Of a stretch of DNA of 64,000 nt, positions 61,057 to 64,000 are shown in pieces; positions within the stretch are counted from its first letter, which is position 1; every line of letters begins with the position of its first letter. Source of the stretch: Rhizodiscina lignyota (Eukaryota); the NCBI GenBank assembly GCA_010015805.1, contig ML978122.1, forward strand, positions 1,708,453-1,772,452. The letters are read 5' to 3'. The position numbers and the translations under genes were made by a program. Below the pieces are notes generated by a model. That model was not told the DNA's origin, made no database searches, and was given only the letters and a program-made list of their open reading frames with translations.

Positions 61057-62602
61057 TCATTCCATGACGGGCCTCCACCTCTTCCTCGCAACAAATCCCT
61101 CCACCCCCTCGTCACTCATGATCTCCGCGCTCGTACGCCCGGTCACAATACTTCGCTCGACTTCAGCGCCTTGAACGTAGAACGTCTCGAAGCCTTTCCC
61201 ACCATTGCGGTCCCACGTCCCGTGCGACGACACGAATCCGGAATTCCGCCGGTCGAGCGAGAGGTACCAGTGCCTCTGGTGGATCGAGCCGATGCTATTG
61301 GTCGCTCCGGTATAGGCATTAGAAGCGCGAATGAGAGCGGCTTCCTTTTCGCTCTCGGCGTCTGAAGCTACTGCTGCATCTTCTGCTTCGTTAGTTTCTA
61401 TGGATCCGGCATGGTGAGCGCTGGGTTTACGTTTTCGATTTTGATGGGACGGTGAGAGTGTTATGGGTGTTGTAGTGTCGATGTCGGATTCGCTATCTGT
61501 TGAAGACGCGCTCCGCTTACGTGTGGGATTCGGGCTGGGTCCCTGTCGACGCCGTTTGTAGGATGGTGCGCGCGGCTGCTTCGGTCGGTCATTTGCTGAA
61601 GGGAGACGCAGAGTGACGGTGTAGTTTTTGGGCAGACGAGTGCCGTGGAGGCGGAGACGGATGTATTTCTGTCGATATCATTAGCAATATAGCACATCTT
61701 GGAGGGCTACGTCTGGTGTCGCACGGTTTGAAATGCCCGTACGAGCTTCGCGTTCTCGGGGCTTCCGGTGGCTGTTGATGAAGCCGCAATGTCGGTTTGA
61801 TCTGACAACTCGTCGTCTGTTGCCGCTAATGTCGCACGACGAGGCAGGACACTGTACTTGCCAGTATCCCAGATGAGCAGAGAGCCGGTTGCGTGAGACG
61901 CCGACTCTATGAGATTGTTCTGCCGAGCCGTCAGGTCCTCCTCACTCCTGAATGCTGAAAGATGCGTTCTGTGGCAAAGTGATCTGAGCGGACGGGAAAG
62001 ACGGCAAGATCAAGGACTATTCTTCAAGATACGAAACCAGAAGGATGGAGATATTCGTTCAGAGTAAAATCAAGAGCTGTTGTCCCTGAAAACACGTACC
62101 CACAAATTATGAACTCTGGTCTCAATAGCCATCCTCCCTTGCCTCTTGGAGTTGGGATTGCCAGGCAAGCCATATGGAATCGCCCATGAGACCGTGCTCG
62201 TATCTGAGAATTGAAGCCGTAGATCATCTTTCCGATGTTAGTCAATCTCGAGTAGACCCGCTCATCTGTTCACTTACAATGTGTGCCGGCAATAGGATGA
62301 TTATGCTGGTGTATCACGAAATGGTGGCCATGGGGATGCTGATTTCGCTGGTACAGCGCCACAAAATCGTCAATCGTCAACCTAATTTCTGAGTGCTCAA
62401 TCGGACGTCCGGCTTTACGAAGATGCTCTGAAAAGTACGCCAAATGATCGCGGATTTTAGCTTGCCCTGCTTCCACCGCTGCGAGCGAAGGCTCCGCTTC
62501 ATCTAACGTTTGTGGATCTTGCTCATTGTCGAGAGTGACCTGCTTCTTCGCTCCACGCGGTGGCGGCGACACTGTCCGGCGGAGGCTGGAGGGAATATCC
62601 AT
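61057..62602 (-). CDS. Stand-alone DNA ligase D 3'-phosphoesterase (LigD_N/PE) domain protein; 3 exons
   Basis: FVIHQHNHPIAGTH|YDLRLQ...SWAIPYGLP...RMAIETRVHNLW|NNLIESAS...LLIWDTGKY matches the PE motifs (FVVQ.H, HYD.RL, SWA.PKG, LA..TEDH, IWD.G.Y). Stop at 61059-61057. Confidence 0.82.
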
Positions 62603-63123
62603 GATTGTATTCTTGGGCTGATAAATGAGTTGGAACCCGAAAGATTATTGATGCGTCAAATGATTATCAATTTTTAGTTGTGTAGGTTCGCCACTCGAAG
62701 GCAGCAAAACAGCAACATTCCATTTTCGCTAAGTCGAAAACATTCTTGAAAATTCTATAGTTCACATTCTCAAGCATATAGTATACTCTCACTGGGAGCT
62801 ACTCTCGCTGAAAGAGACTGGAACTTTTGCATCGATTATCTTCTAGACAGAATCTCTACACCCTTAATTGCATTAGAATTTAGCGCCACCTGTAACGAAA
62901 GCAGAATCTCTACGACCCCGAGGTTCATACTGCTTGAGCCTCTGTTCGATGGTGCACGGGATCCGCTCGTATGCGTGGGTCAACGTATGGAATTCATATA
63001 CTCGGCTACCAAAGATTTACGGCCGCTGGCGCACTATGTACAAAGTTGAGTTCTCTCAGCCGGAAGCGGTCCTCCTGCTCCGTCGCTCTTTGCCATGAAA
63101 CAGCTGCAACATTGCACCAGTGC

Positions 63124-64000
63124 TTACAGGTTCGACTGCGCAACAGGAACGATGTGTCGCGCGCCACCACCGGCGTGTTTCTTCGCCAGCTGTTCCGCAA
63201 GGGCTGTTCCAGCAAGGCGCCCAAATGTCAGGGACCGCAGGACTGATGTTGCGGGTGGATATTCTGATGCAGTCACCCTGTTAGCTAATGGTATGGCAAG
63301 CAGCGGAGATCAGCCTTACCGTTGTAAAATACTCCTGTGAGCTCTCCTGCTGCGTAGAGACCCTAGAATTGCAAGTCAGCTTGGGATATCGCCTTCAAAG
63401 CTTTGGAATTCTCTTACCGGGATGGGCACATCGTTTGTCCCCAGAACCTGCGAATCCAAGTTTACCTTGATGCCACCATAGGTGAATGTCAAATGCGATG
63501 TCACGGGATATCCGTAGAAGGGTGCCTTGTCGATGGGGTTCGCCCAGTTTGTCTTGTCCGGGGTAAGGCCAGTCGTTGCTTTGCCATCAAGCTTCATCAA
63601 GTCGAAAGGCTTATCATTGCAGGCCTTGTTGAAGTCTGATACCGTCTTCTCGAGCTCGTCCGGCTTGAGGCCCAGTTTCTCCGCAAGCTCTTTGATTGTG
63701 TCTGCTTTTTCTGGCTCCTGGTCCGTTGTATCGTACACCCAGCCAGGCCGGAATCGATCCATGACGGTCTTGTCCGTGATGAAATATCCCTTTCTGAAAC
63801 ACTCGATGAGCATGCTTGCGGATATTTTGTACGTGCGGGACTACTCACGAGTTATGATCTCGCCAAAGTTCCAGTGCGGCAATCTCAAAAGTCGCGAAAA
63901 GTTCGCGCCTGCCTTCGTCAAAGAACCTCTTGGAGTGTTCGTCAACGAGAATGCCGTAATTGTGTCCCCAAATCACTGCATCAGGCTTGGTCGCACGCGT
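63124..64000 (-). CDS. FAD-binding oxidoreductase, fumarate reductase flavoprotein/TcuA-like (3' part; runs off the window)
   Basis: GILVDEHSKRFFDE, ADTIKELAEKLG, TFTYGGIKVN, IP|GLYAAGELTG, LRSLTFGRLAG; stop TAA at 63126-63124. Confidence 0.82.

Overview
Gene-dense, intron-containing fungal DNA. Short GT-AG introns with CTRAC/CTAAY branch sites and the protein families point to a filamentous ascomycete (Pezizomycotina); Dothideomycetes is only a guess. I reconstructed about 24 spliced genes by eye. Most are housekeeping: MPDU1-like PQ-loop protein, Rrn9-domain protein, SDR, Leu3/Sef1-type Zn2Cys6 factor, ACSF3-like acyl-CoA synthetase, BolA, GPR1/FUN34/YaaH transporter, RTT10/WDR6, DUF3176, MFS, ZZ/EF-hand protein, Dsc4, COX10, class I/II aminotransferase, two GPI-type surface proteins, ADP1, NPT1, SSO syntaxin, a LigD 3'-phosphoesterase-domain protein and a partial FAD oxidoreductase. 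The notable items are: (1) a HeLo-like/NACHT/ankyrin fungal NLR with a +1 frameshift inside recently duplicated 99-bp ankyrin units; (2) a triple-SAP gene with an intron at the same position in every repeat and a frameshift in repeat 1; (3) a BolA gene needing a non-GT donor and an 11-nt micro-exon, head-to-head with the ACSF3-like gene; (4) a two-exon 85-aa microprotein gene; (5) clusters of telomere-like TAGGGTT motifs, some as perfect hairpins. I found no rRNA, intact tRNA, CRISPR array or intact transposon. Exon boundaries and family assignments come from motif recognition, not database searches.
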